Shown here piece after piece: positions 15,340-29,342 of a stretch of 64,000 bases of DNA. This stretch comes from Chrysomallon squamiferum (lineage: Eukaryota; Animalia; Mollusca): contig CM022674.1 in NCBI GenBank assembly GCA_012295275.1, forward strand, positions 16,554,001 through 16,618,000, given 5' to 3'. Below the pieces are notes generated by a model, which saw only the letters and a program-made list of their open reading frames with translations, was not told the DNA's origin and did no database searches. Made by a program: the position numbers and the translations under genes. Within the stretch, counting starts at the first letter, position 1. The number at the start of each line of letters is the position of its first letter.

Positions 15340-15464
15340 AATAGATATATTCTACGATGAAACAGACTGGATATTAATAAGCCTTCACCAGCAGAGCTTT
15401 GCGTCAGTCTGCTTTGACGATACATCCATTCAGAGGTTGAAATACTACCGCACTGATAACATAA
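15340..15464 (-). pseudogene. Decayed C-terminal exon of a second MSMB-like paralog
   Basis: Acceptor ttttacacAG, phase 2: YVISAVVFQPLNGCIVKAD*RKALLVKAY*YPVCF. This matches the G..AG.F.P.GC....DGC...LVK..D...C pattern but has two stops. Confidence 0.6.
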
Positions 15465-15519
15465 CTGTGTAAAACAACAACAACAACAACAACAACAACA
15501 ATAATAATGATAATGATAA

Positions 15520-15733
<214 letters not shown>

Positions 15734-15963
15734 AGGTAGAGTAGCAGCAGTATTAATAAAACATTATAATGATAATAACAATAGTAATAACAATATAATA
15801 ATAATGATACTAGTAATAGTTGTAGTTATGTTGATGGTAGTTATAGTAGAAAAATTAGTAGTGATAGTAGTAGTAGTAGCAGTAATACTCGTAATAGTAG
15901 TAGTAATTGCGATGGCAGGAGTATTAGTAATATACGCAGAAACGCACACACAATCACTCATAC

Positions 15964-16030
15964 ACACAGACACAGCGAAATGTAGCGGCACTTGCAAGTA
16001 CTGTATGGAAACGTTTTAGGCGCCATGTCT
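15964..16030 (-). pseudogene. Possible remnant of exon 2 of the second MSMB-like paralog
   Basis: MAPKTFPYSTCKCRYISLCLC is followed by a GTATGA donor-like site. It loosely aligns with MLPGEF..KCLDCYCRDGSLSCC|GTATGT. Confidence 0.3.
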
Positions 16031-16624
16031 TATATGAAGAGGATAACGAATGGAGGCTTTTTATATTTTTTTTTTTGTGTTTTTCTCAGGAGGTGCTGCC
16101 ATATGATGTAGGGAGTGTTACTATGATGGGACTGGTTCTGTGCGCACGAGAGGACAGCACTGGTCATCATTAACGAAATGTTGACGAAAAACTATTAGTT
16201 CGACATTCTGCTTCCTTTGATTTCTCTGAAGCAGTCACGTGATATCATTCATCAGCCAGAGACCACACAGCCAAAATCGTAGACATCTTCTTTAGGGCAA
16301 CAACGTCAACGTGTTATATCATTGCCTGTTTAACAGACGTGTCACCAGTAAAACACCAATGTGATGTCATAGCTCGTCGTGTGCGACAACATCCTCAGAC
16401 TTCAGTTTCTGTTTTACCCAGGCTTTATTTTATTTTTGATTTTTTCTTAAATCGTCATCATCAATATTGTTATCATTGTTATCACCAGCAACATGATATT
16501 ATAATCATCATCATCATCATCATTATTATTATATAAATTTATTTCATAAATAATATTGCTGTGATAGTTATAGGAACCTGACCACTTAAGCTGTAATAAT
16601 TAGTAAATACATAACATATAATGA

Positions 16625-16683
<59 letters not shown>

Positions 16684-18654
16684 ATGTAATTTGTAGAATT
16701 TCAGTGATAATCACATTTTGGTGCATAATAAAACTGAGTTGTAAATGATCATTTTAGAGACAGATGGACCCAACTACTAATAAAAACAATTGTTATGTAG
16801 TATGAATACTCAGGTACTGATTTTACTCTCACATCCAGTCTAGAAAAGAGATTGGATATTTCAATATTTTCAACGTGTTCAAGTAATGTTCGTGAAAGTA
16901 TTCTGTAATTTCAAATTCAACTTCCGTGTATTCTAGGGTTTGTGTAAGATTTTATAGTCGTATCCAGGTGTATTAAAATTATTACTGGAAATGAAAGTGA
17001 CGTGGTATTTAAATAATTTAAACTCTTTCAGCTGTACACAGACAGATATTAGAAGATATTATGCTTCAAGTCAGAAATATAATCATATTATTAAATATAA
17101 CAACACTGGAACCGAGGACTTGTCAGCATTGACTAAGAAAAGTTCAGCTATTGTAAACTCCACATTATTAAGAACTGTGAAGAAAAGAAAGAAATCTTTA
17201 TATTAAAGAATTATTATTTGTGACCATAGCAAAACAAAGAAAGCCTTTTCCCTTACAACTAGAATAGCATCACACTTCAATATTGTGTATGTTTTCTGTA
17301 ACTGGTGTGTCACAACTACAAACATAGGTAAGATAAACAATTGAACCATCAAAAACACTTTGATTCTCACAGCTGTGAGTACGGACATTCAACTTTTATA
17401 TTAAGAAAGTTGAAACTGAGAACCTCAGAATTTTTATTTCCATAACCAGAGGGTGGGAGTGATTTCTTATACTCTGAAGAAGAACAGATCTATCTCATAT
17501 AGATGCGCAGAAGAAATCTGGAATAAAATCAGTCATAAGGGTTTATATTATTTTTCTGCTGAAACCTCGACTTATAAAAATGGGGTGATACACATAAATC
17601 TTAAGAATGTTTTAACCCATGATTACTTTTAGTTACTATGTCAAATGGAAGAAATTGCTTTACTAATCTCAGGCAAAGCTCGCTGGTTAAAACAATCCTT
17701 AAATTAGCAGATACCAGATTTACATTCCCTTTTACAGGTCCCACTATGGCACCCTCTCCCAGTGAATTAAATCTTAAAAACTTTCCAAAGGAAGTTTCTT
17801 GCATGTTTCTTCGTTGAGTATATATTGCAATTTGCGATACATTAAACAAAAACCCCTGACATAAGATAAATTAAATAAAAAAATTAAGATAGTGTTGATT
17901 GGTACGAGATTTCAAAATTTTAAATTATTTATCTTTTCCTACATTTTAAATAAATATTCAAACACATTTGCTATAATAACTTTTTTTAAACTAAAACGTT
18001 TTCAGGTAATCCTTTTATCAACATTGCTATGTTTATTTAGATTCTACTTAGGATGTTTCTTGTCATGGACTATGATCACATTCTTTAACATTACAAACGT
18101 TTTCAAAAAGAATATTATTTAAAACTTAGAACTCTTATAAACTAAATAAAGTAAAACAAACACGTATAAAATTTAGTTAAACACAACAGTATATATAAAA
18201 TGAACAGTAGCAGCCATATAAATTATAAGTTTAAAAAGTATGTGTTTGTTGAACAGTGGATAAATAAATTAAATTTAAAAAGAACATAACAAAATACACA
18301 AAATGATTCATGTGTGCAGTAATGATAAACAGTCGCAATATAAATACATATCTATATATTTAAAACATAAGTTCTGGATTAAAGAACTAAAACAAATTTA
18401 GCATTCTAACAAAATGCTGATTCTAAAAAGAATTACATAAAAAATAGCAATAATAAATAAAATAAGCTACAACAAAAGAAAAGCAATAAAGGGGAAGTTT
18501 AAAAATTAAACGAAACTAACATTTATAATTCTTTGTGTATAAGAAATATGCTACGAGGTAACAATAAAATATTACTGAAAAACAATGAAAATAACAAACC
18601 AACATATGGAAATATTTTTATGAAAGTATTTTAATAAAGTACAACAAAAAAAGT

Positions 18655-19058
18655 AAGTGTCCTGGTCACACTCTCCGACCTTCACCAGACAGTGCGACTG
18701 TAACAATAAAGAGAGGAAGTGTCCTGTTCACACTCTCCGACCTTCACCAGACAGTGCGACTGTTAACAGTAAAGAGAGGAAGTGTCCTGTTCACACTCTC
18801 CGACCTTCACCAGACAGTGCGACTGTTACAGTAAAGAGAGGAAGTGTCCTGTTCACACTCTCCGACCTTCACCACCTTCGCAGACAGTGCGACTGTTACA
18901 GTAAAGAGAGGAAGTGTTCTATTCACACTCTCCGACCTTCGCCAGACAGTGCGACTGTTACAGTAAAGAGAGGAAGTGTTCTATTCACACTCTCCGACCT
19001 TCGCCAGACAGTGCGACTGTAACAGTAAAGAGAGGAAGTGTTCTGGTCACACTCTCCA
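18655..19058. repeat. ~62-bp minisatellite, about 6.4 copies
   Basis: Unit AAGTGTCCTGTTCACACTCTCCGACCTTCACCAGACAGTGCGACTGTTACAGTAAAGAGAGG. Confidence 0.95.
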
Positions 19059-19172
19059 ACATTAACAGTACCGAACACAGCAGTGACGGAAATAAGAAAA
19101 TGAATAAATAGTTCTATACTACTAATAATAATATTAATATAGAAGGTTCAGGTTGGTTTCATTTACCTAGGT

Positions 19173-19415
19173 CATAGGTTTTCAACATCGTTCTTGAGTG
19201 AGGGTATGTTTTAGTTTTTTTCAACTTGACTTGGAAGGAGGAACAAATAAAAACGTGTAGATAGGTTTGTGACACGTCATAGTGAACATAGGTTCCTTTT
19301 GTACTGTCTTTGGTTGACGAAAAAATATGGTAACCCTAGATATTATTGAATCAAACATTTTAAGGGGGTCATCGGTTATATTGAGTTGCGGTATGAAAAA
19401 ATTTGAAAACCAGTG
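19173..19415. mobile_element. hAT-type MITE
   Basis: TIRs CATAGGTTTTCAAC / TTTGAAAACCAGTG, with 8-bp TSD-like flanks ACCTAGGT and ATCTAGAT (6/8 match). Confidence 0.6.
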
Positions 19416-19609
19416 ATCTAGATAATACTTTATACTGAAAGGACAAGGACAAATTAACGACAACAACAACAATAATAACTAAAATTATAATAACATGGTA
19501 GAACAAACACATACTGTAAGGGCGTTCAGTAATAATGAGAAGCAGAAAAGTAATATTAGTAGTAACTACTAAACAATGTCACTAACGAAACAAGTTTTAT
19601 TATTATTAA

Positions 19610-19664
<55 letters not shown>

Positions 19665-21197
19665 TATGTGATTTTTTAATTATTTATTTATTGATTCCTT
19701 ATTTCGTTCGTTTATTAAAACGACTCGACAGTGCATGTGTAGGCCTATACGTTATCTTTAGGATCTGCACACATGTTTGAATGAATAAACCATTTATTTC
19801 AAGTCAGTTGTTATTCGTTCGAATGATTTACTTTCCGTTGCGTTATGTGTGTTTCTGTCAACATGCATGCACAGGTTGGATGTATAATCATGTATGAAGG
19901 CGTGCATATATTTTTCTGTCTGTATTCTGTGAAGTTATTGTTAGTGAATCATGGTCCCTAATTCTGTCTTTTTGCACGCATGTCTTTCAAACGAAAGTTA
20001 TTTTTAAAATTGTATCCTAACCCTGATCACTAATCTACAAAACGTATTTATTTCAAACAAAGATAAAATTTTATCCCAAGAGTGATCAGAAGCTTTAAAA
20101 GTTGTTTGATTTTTAAATATTATATATTTTAAAGTTTACCCTAAAGTTAATAATAAACTTCCCCAATTTCTTAAAATAAAAGTTATTATTAATTTTGCAC
20201 TTACACTCGTCATTACATTGCCCTAAAGCTAGTCCTAACCCTACCCATTACCTTATTTGAACAAAAGCAGGAATAAGATATATTATAACACAGTTTTTGT
20301 ACTATCCGATGTTATTTTTCTTTTAAATAAAAGTTATTTTAAATTTTATTTTATTACTCATCATGACATTTTATTAAGTTTTAATAGAAAAGTACTTTGA
20401 GGGAAATAAATAACTCTAACCCTTGTGCAATTCAAACATTTTTTAGAAACATTTTATGCTAATATTTGTTATGAATTTCTAAAGTTTTATATGAAAAGTC
20501 TCTTGATGAAAAATAGATAATTAAGTCTAACATTTACCCTAACCTTAACATTAATGCTATCCCTAGCACAAACCTTAGTCATAACCTTACATCTAACAAT
20601 GTAATGAGTAAAATATTGATCCTAATCAAAACTATTTTAAAGTTTATGCTCAAACTGATCCTTAAACGTTTGCAAGTTCATATTTTGAAATATAAGTTCT
20701 TAAAATTTGATACTATCACTCATCAAGTGTACATTTTTTGAAATGAAAGTAATTAACAATTTTATTGTAAAACTCATCATAAATGTTTCAAGTTTTACAT
20801 CAAACGTCTCTTTATGTAAATAAGCAATTAAATCTAACCTTAACCTGATACCTAGCATAAACACTAACCCTAACTCCAATCCTATCCCAAATGATAATCC
20901 TGAACTTAACACTACACTGAACAAAACCCCCAAATCTAACCCATACACTATCAATAACCTTAATAAGTAATAAGTGTAGCTTACATAAGTAATAAGTGTG
21001 TCTTAGAAAAGTAGTAAGTGTATTTTAGTTAAGTGATAAGTTAATATAGAAAAGTAGTGAGTGTATCTTAGATAAGTGATAGGTTAGAGAAGTAACAAGT
21101 GTATCATGGATAAGTAATCAGTGTATCTTACATTAACTTGTATTATGTTTGTTTATTACTAGTTATCTATTTTTATAGATATATAGTTAGATAGATG

Positions 21198-21231
<34 letters not shown>

Positions 21232-21317
21232 TATATAGATAAAGCAAACAAAATTACTTATCTTAAAACTACAAAGGTGTTGTAATCAACAGACAGCAGT
21301 TATCTTTTACACATGTT

Positions 21318-21990
21318 CTTCATTAGACAGCTACATCCAATAAACATGAATTAAATTATTTCTTCAGTAGATGCAGCTACATCCAATATGAATGAATGAA
21401 TGACTTATCTTCTTACTTCATTCATTAGACTGCTGCATCCAATAAAAATGAATTAAATAATTTCTTGAGTAGACAGCTACATCCAATATGAATGACTTAT
21501 CTTCTTTCTTCATTAGACTGCAGCATCCAATAAAAATGAATTAAATAATTTCTTCAGTAGACAGCTACATCCAATATGAATGACTTATCTTCTTTCATTC
21601 ATTAGACTGCTGCATCCAATAAAAATGAATTAAATAATATCGTCAGTAGACAGCTACATCCAATATGAATGACTTATCTTCTTTCTTCATTAGACTGCAG
21701 CATCCAATAAAAATGAATTAAACAATTTCTTGACTAGACAGCTACATCCAGTATGAATGACTTATCTTCTTCCTTTATTTCACTGTTTTTCTCCAATACA
21801 AATGACTTATCAACTTTTGCATCAGATTGCTATATCCAGTTAATAAGGCTTTTCTTTCTTCATTAGACTGCTACATCCAATTAGAATGACATAACTGGTT
21901 TCTTCATTAGAGGCTCCATCCAGTAAAACTGACTTATTTTCTTTCTTTATTAGACTGCTATATCTAATATGAATGACTTTATCTTCTTGC
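21318..21990. repeat. 44-bp satellite with an 88-bp dimeric higher-order unit
   Basis: Alternating monomers CATTAGACTGCTGCATCCAATAAAAATGAATTAAATAATTTCTT and CAGTAGACAGCTACATCCAATATGAATGACTTATCTTCTTTCTT. The period is 88-89 bp at 21423, 21511, 21600 and 21688. Confidence 0.9.
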
Positions 21991-22887
21991 TTCACTGTAC
22001 TCAAGTTCATCTAATTCCATTTCAGTGACTGAGAGATCCCAGATTCATAACTGAACAGTCTGGTATACTTGTATAATATTATACAAAAATAAAATAAGAA
22101 ACAAAACTGATCACAAACATAAAAAAGAAGAAAAAAAAAGAAAAGTATAATGATGCACAAAAACCTAAAAACAAAACAAATTGTTATTATTACCACTACT
22201 GATACTGTTACTACCACAAGTACTACTATTACTAATATCATTATTATGAAGATTGCTTCAACTATTATTATCACTACTATTACTACTAGTACTATTATTA
22301 CTGTCATATACTAAATTTATTACTGTTACTACTATCAGTATTACAGTTACTATTACTACTATCATTACTATTATGCTACTATTACGGCAGCTACTATTAC
22401 TATCTTAATTATAATTACTACTGCTATCACTACTACCTACTACCAAATGTAATTACTAACACTACCATAAATGTTTTATGTTATATCTTTAAATAATAAA
22501 TAATCCAGTACAAGCTAATTAGTTTTTTTATCTGTATATATAAATATATATATATATGTACACACATGTATGTGTGTCTCTCTATATGTATATATATGTG
22601 TATGTGTACACATACACATACACATATATCAAATGTATCTAAAGAGCACTTTGATATACATTACAATGGTCAAAATACATACATACCTACATACCGACCT
22701 ACCTACCTACGTACCTACCTACCTACATACCTACCTACCTATATATATATAGCATACATACATACGTACATATACACATGTATATATATATATATAAATG
22801 TATGTGTGTATGTATGTTATGTAGTTTAGCATCAGACTCTGCACGTAGACTTTATTCAGGAATGTACTGGCACAGGAGGACAAAGTC

Positions 22888-23012
22888 CAATCATCACCTC
22901 ACAGAGCCTGTCAAATATAACTGATGAGACTTATGACATGAACTTATGACACCCATTCAATTGCACAACAAAGGCTCACAATGTTACCAATGTTACTGTT
23001 CAGCCATCAAGA
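22888..23012 (-). mobile_element. tRNA-derived SINE-like head, copy 1
   Basis: Similar to the copies at 24161 and 24723. The minus strand has an A-box-like GATGGCTGAACAG. Confidence 0.4.
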
Positions 23013-23022
23013 CAACCTATAA

Positions 23023-23168
23023 TATATACACATGCATACAGACATACATACAGATTGTATGTGTGTGTTTGTTATATATATACAAAGATACACACACATT
23101 CACGTACACAAAGCCAGAAATGTGCATGTGTATGTATGTATGTATGTATGTATGTATGTATGTATCTT

Positions 23169-23236
<68 letters not shown>

Positions 23237-23524
23237 CACATGCATACATACATATATATATAACATACATACAATATATGTATGTCTGTATGCATATATA
23301 TTATATATCATATGTATCATTTACACACACATCTACAGATTATATATATGTGTTTATATATATATATATACACATATACATATACATACATACATACATA
23401 TATACACATGCATACAGACACACATACAGATTGTATGTGTGTGTTTGTTATATATATACAAAGATACACACACATTCACGTACACAAAGCCAGATATGTA
23501 CATGTGTATGTATGTATGTATGTA

Positions 23525-23580
<56 letters not shown>
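23023..23580. repeat. Tandem duplication (offset ~376 bp) of a microsatellite-rich unit
   Basis: TACACATGCATACAGAC..ACAGATTGTATGTGTGTGTTTGTTATATATATACAAAGATACACACACATTCACGTACACAAAGCCAGA occurs at ~23025 and again at ~23402. Confidence 0.85.
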
Positions 23581-23588
<8 letters not shown>

Positions 23589-24066
23589 TATACATATGAA
23601 CAGACACATAAATGCATGTGTATGTATGTATATACATATATACAGATAGATATATACACACACACACATATATACAGACATACATACACACATATATATG
23701 TATTTACATATCTGTGTGTATCTGTATATTTGTATATATACACACACCCATACCCACACACATTTATCCATACAAACACACATACATATAACTGTGTTTG
23801 TGTTTGTGTGTTACTGTGTGTGTGTGTGTGTGTGTGTGTTACAAATATGAGCCCATTATGGGTAAATTGTGCTTCTATGTGCAAAATATATAATAGTAAA
23901 CATAATTCCACTTTAGTAGCAGTAATGGTAATAGTAATAGCAATATTAGCAGAAACAGTTGCAGTAGCAGGAACCATACCAGTAATAGTAGTGGTAAATA
24001 AATAAATAGATAAATACATGTCCTACTAATACTAAAAACAAAAAACAACATGTAAACTTTATAAAC

Positions 24067-24118
<52 letters not shown>

Positions 24119-24160
24119 CGAAGTAGTAATAATAATAGTAATAACAATAGAAATATTAGT

Positions 24161-24270
24161 ACAATCACAACTTCACAAAACCTGTTAAATGTTGCTGACA
24201 AGACTCAAACTTGTAACACCCATTCACCCGCACTCCAAAGGTAGATGTTGTTACCATTCGACCATCTAGA
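24161..24270 (-). mobile_element. tRNA-derived SINE-like head, copy 2
   Basis: The minus strand reads GATGGTCGAATGG (A-box-like) ... AGTTTGAGTC (B-box-like). Confidence 0.5.
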
Positions 24271-24341
24271 CAATCTATAACACACACACATGCACACAAT
24301 GTACTATATAAACAAAGTTATATACATGCAGACACACATGC

Positions 24342-24391
<50 letters not shown>

Positions 24392-24722
24392 ATGCTATAA
24401 ACATGAGGTTATTATGCTACTTCATGCATTTTGTGTGAAAGATATAACAGAAATAATAATTCCACTGTTAGTAGCAGTAGTAGTAGTAATAGTAATGGTA
24501 GCAGGCACCGTACTTGCATTGGTAGTGGTAAATAAATACATAAATAAAGATAATACAAATACCAAACAACACCCCCCAAAAAAAACATGTTTTGTTTATA
24601 ACCTGATACTACTACTACAACAATAACTACTACTACTACTACTACTATTACTACTACTACTACTACTAATGTTATTATTATTAAAGTAATAATAATAACA
24701 ACAACAACAATAGTAATATTAG

Positions 24723-24831
24723 TACAATCACAACCTCATGAACCCAATCAAATGCAGCTGATAAGATTCAAACTTATGACACCCCTTCACCTGCACCCCA
24801 CAGTTGACAGTGTTACTGTTCGGGTATCGAG

Positions 24832-24832
<1 letters not shown>
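24723..24832 (-). mobile_element. tRNA-derived SINE-like head, copy 3
   Basis: Diverged duplicate of 24161-24270 with a B-box-like AGTTTGAATC. It shares flanking sequence with copy 2. Confidence 0.45.
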
Positions 24833-24888
<56 letters not shown>

Positions 24889-25218
24889 GGTGTTTGTGTA
24901 TATACACACACGTATACATATACAAAGAACACACATACACACATATATATATATATATTTATTTATTAACTCTTTAAATAACGTATTTATTTAGGAACTT
25001 TTAGATATTTTTATAATTTTTGCATCAGGAAAACATTGTTTCAGTAAATAATAGGATTATAAATTCGCAGAGATCACATATATATTCTTTTTAGATCTAA
25101 ATAAAACAGTTAATTCAGGTAATTTCACATTCGGCCATTTCCGTGATATGTGACATGACGAAGAAATAATACAACGGTAATAGCTTGTGACAAAGTATTA
25201 GAACAATAAATTATTTTA

Positions 25219-25249
<31 letters not shown>

Positions 25250-26557
25250 ATCAGATAAAAAAATTATTAGTTTAGTTTTTTATGTAAATAATTTGTACAT
25301 TGTGCACTATTAATACCATTACCTAACTGAATATCATAAAGCAGTTTTGTGCTAAAGGAGAATGGAGAAGACTACAGAGAAAACAGAAGTTAAAAAACAG
25401 TTTTGCTGAAAGTAATAAAGGAATTTGTTTTGTGTTAAAGAAGAGACATTATACAACTGATAAACAATCTAATTAAATACTCAGCAGGCTGTGTTGAAAT
25501 AATGATGATGATGATGATGATGTTGGTGAGGTCATTATTGGACTTCATCTTTCTGTGCTAATGACTTCCTCAAAATTGTCTCAATGCAGAATCTAAGAAG
25601 ATGTACATAAAACAAGATACTAATACATGCACACACATATGTCTATAAATACAGACACACTCAGACATACATCTGTATCAACATCTGTATATACATGCAG
25701 ACACATACATTTCACGATTCACTAGGTCAGCACAGTCTCCCAGTATTAAGTAAATTATCTTTAAATAAAAGAATCACCAAGTAATCGAAATAAACTAAAT
25801 TCACATCATATCATCATCCCGTTATTAGAATAAAAAAAACATAAACCTTGGTGAATTTACAATTGTTCGCCATGTTGCTATTGTTGCTGTTACTTGTTTA
25901 GTGACGTCATTCTGATTACGTAAAATGGCGAAGTTAATCGTCCGATTTATTCATCACCTGAATCATTTACTTATTTCTTTGCCTGGTAATACATTTATAC
26001 ATTTTAAAAATGTTTCGCTGACTTATTTTCCTAATTTGTCTTTTTATATTTGCGTTACATAACTAAACAATACAATTCTAGACTGTAGGACCTCGATATT
26101 TCATCACGTTCGGCCATTTCCGTAACATATGAAAATACGAAGAATTAATGTGGCCGTATTCGTTTGTGACAAACCGTTCTGTAACCGAAAACTTAGACTG
26201 AATGTTGAGATTGTTTCTGTGAATAAAATCACCATGTTATAGTTCAGCTTTCTATATATAAATATAATATCGTAACAATTGTTCAAAACAGTTAGTGGTT
26301 ACATACTTTTGTCGTTAACCAGTTTTGGTTGTTGTGATGTGAATATATATTCAAATATGAAACTCCTTTTTTTCAGATAGCAGCTTTATTAATATTGTTG
26401 TTGCTATAGCAATAATATATACTAGTAGAAGAAATAGTAGTTGCAGTAGAAAATAACTTGTATTAACAGTTGTTGTTGTTTTTGTTGTTGTTATTCTTGT
26501 TGTTGTTGTTGTTCTTCTTCTTCTTCTTCTTCTTCTTCTTATTATTATTATTATTAT

Positions 26558-26595
<38 letters not shown>

Positions 26596-26602
26596 TTTTC
26601 AG

Positions 26603-27208
26603 AGGCTACGTAGAGTCCAAAATAATTTGTTAACAAAGGTCATTGCTACTGGTTTTCGTGAAAATGTGTCGCTGTTTCGTGGACAGACGACAAGATAAGA
26701 TCACGTGTTTACTACTTTGTAGATACTAGTTGTTATTTACCTGTCTTACATCATTAGTGAGCTTTTCGTTACATATATTAGAAATTTGTGATATTCATCT
26801 GTACTATTTTGTTGTTTAGAATTTCCATTTTACTTTCATCATTATTACATTAGCAGTATTTTCTACTTTTGTATTTCACTGTTCTCATATTTCATAAAGT
26901 AAACGTTTTTCTTTTCTCATTCTTAACAAAACATTTTAACCTCAGTTATTAATTATATCTTACAGCCGACATGTAGTGGTTTGGTGATTATGACATCTAT
27001 GGTTAAGGTCGTTTCCAAGGGAGTCTTCCTGTCAACACTTCAAAAGACTTAACTACATTTACTGGAACAGCCATCAGCCGGTTAACGGAGGAGGAAAAGA
27101 GAATTGCGTACATCTAAACTGAATATACAGATTAAAGTGGAACGATGAAATGTGCGGAATCCAGAAAGATTTTATCTGTCGACGAAAAGCGTTTTGTGAG
27201 ATTACAAA
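26603..27208 (+). pseudogene. C-type lectin (perlucin-like) pseudogene, two exons: 26603-26694 and 26966-~27208
   Basis: Exon A reads AT*SPK*FVNKGHCYWFS*KCVAVSWTDDK, with its donor decayed to ATAAGA. Exon B reads DM*WFGDYDIYG*GRFQG, then after a frameshift NYIYWNSHQPVNGGGKENCVHLN*IYRLKWNDEMCGIQKDFICRRK. The CTLD landmarks WxG, QPx, ExC, WND and FIC are present. Confidence 0.85.
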
Positions 27209-27548
27209 GTAATTTCCGGTCTGACTTTTATGTTTGTGTTTTTTTATTATTTGTACACGATTAGTTGTGTTATATATTAAATAACTAAAACTCTGTTTAC
27301 TCTTTCATGTCTATAACTTGTCTGTTTTTCTTTGTCTGTATTTGTCTGTTTAACTGTACACGTTGAATTATGTTAACTATGTTGATGACGAAGATACTAA
27401 TTTTAATGATAATATTATGCCGTTGATGATTGGGAACATGACGAAAAGAAAAAAGAAGTATGATGATGATAATGATGATGATAATACTAATAAAATACCA
27501 AGTAACAACAGAAAAACCATCGAGATTGTCCTAACTATTGCACCAAAA

Positions 27549-27589
<41 letters not shown>

Positions 27590-28157
27590 GATACGTACAC
27601 ATATACACTACATTGCTGCTAAGTGGTGTTTTAAACATAAGACTTTACACGTGGAGGTATTCATATATTTTACAACAGCACACATACAAATCACGTAATG
27701 ACTACAGTCAGTGCCGTATTAACCTTAGACTTCGAGCTTCTTTGTACCCGCCCCGCGAATTTCACACTCGTTTTTCTAACATTTATTACAATAACATTAC
27801 AAATGAAGTAATTAGTAGAGTAATAAAGAAAATAATTTCATCTTATCAGACAACTTTTAATTATCATGAAAAAAGACAATCCTAAAATACCGGTACTGCA
27901 CTATAATGCTAAATATAAATCGGTCTTTCTATGTATCTACCTACTTAAATTTTTTACTTGTTAATCTTTTCAACAAACTGATCCAGAATATAGTTTAATG
28001 TTCTCTTAGCGTCTCTCGTATCAAACAGTATTCCTATAAATTCATTTCAGTGACGTGCATGGAGCGATTACGTTATACATAGTGTTAACATTTAGCACTA
28101 AACAAAAACAAAACAGATTACTTGGGTCCCAGGCTTCAGCAAAGTGAGCCTTAGAGA

Positions 28158-28218
<61 letters not shown>

Positions 28219-28669
28219 GCTTAATTTTCTCTCTTTCAGTTTTTAAAAATGTTTACTTATTATTTTTTCATTATCTTTTTTATTCCTTTTCTTTCTTTCT
28301 TCGATTATTTTGAATTATTATTATTATGATTATTATTATTATTATTATTATTTTCAATTTGTTCGTCTCTGTTGTTGTTGTCGTCGTTGTTGTTGAATTT
28401 GTTGTAATACATTTTTTCGGAAAGAATTGTAAAGCAGTGTTTGAGGTGAAATTCACATCAGCAGTGAGTACTGAGAACTGGATGGGATGGTATGGGGTGG
28501 GGGGTGACCTAGTTTATTAATTGTGTTTGAGCGCTGCGACACGACTTGAAGTCGATCGATAAACGAGTTGTCATGGCAGCGAAACACATTTTATTTTATT
28601 TTATTTTATTTTATTTTGATGTTATTTTGTTTCATTTCATTTTATATATTTATTTCGCTGTTATTACTA

Positions 28670-28715
<46 letters not shown>

Positions 28716-29047
28716 CATCATCATCTTCATTATAATTTCTGTTGTGATGATGATGATAATGATTACTATTATTCCCCCATATTTCTAAATTGACTTTTTA
28801 CGGTTTATTTTTAGCAACATTAACAGAAAAAATAGCAAACCACTACAATGACAACATTGTCAGCAATGATTATAAAGTAACTAAAATAACAATAAGAAAG
28901 TAGGACGAACAGACACCGTAAACGCGCTAAATAATAATGAGAAGTAGAAAAGTAACATTAGTAATAATTACAAGAGGATGACGCTAACGATGTCGACAAC
29001 AGCAACAACAACAACAACAGTACTAAATGAAGAAATAAATAACTAAA

Positions 29048-29094
<47 letters not shown>

Positions 29095-29296
29095 GTGTTT
29101 GTGTTTCTCGTTCTCTAATTCTGTCTTTTCTCATGTCTTGTTATCTCGGTCTGTTGTTCATTTTGGTCGTCTGATTTTACAGAAACGTCTTTTTGTAGTT
29201 TCATTCTCTGACACTTTTGTTTTCTATCTCTCGTTCTCTTCTACTGTCTTTATTTTCATTTTCAAATCTTGTCTCTTTCCTCTCTGTCGTGCTTGC

Positions 29297-29342
<46 letters not shown>

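Noticed and set aside
18655-19058. CRISPR-like array or coding repeat
   Set aside because: The units are contiguous and near-identical without spacers, and the 62-bp period is not frame-preserving.
20010-20960. Interstitial telomeric repeat (CCTAAC/CCCTAA motifs)
   Set aside because: The motifs are scattered and degenerate, not a tandem (TTAGGG)n tract; this is probably an old repeat element.
26603-27208. Stop-codon readthrough or selenocysteine recoding rescuing the lectin (and ankyrin) frames
   Set aside because: The stops include TAA, TAG and TGA, and in the lectin they co-occur with a frameshift and a lost splice donor, consistent with neutral decay.
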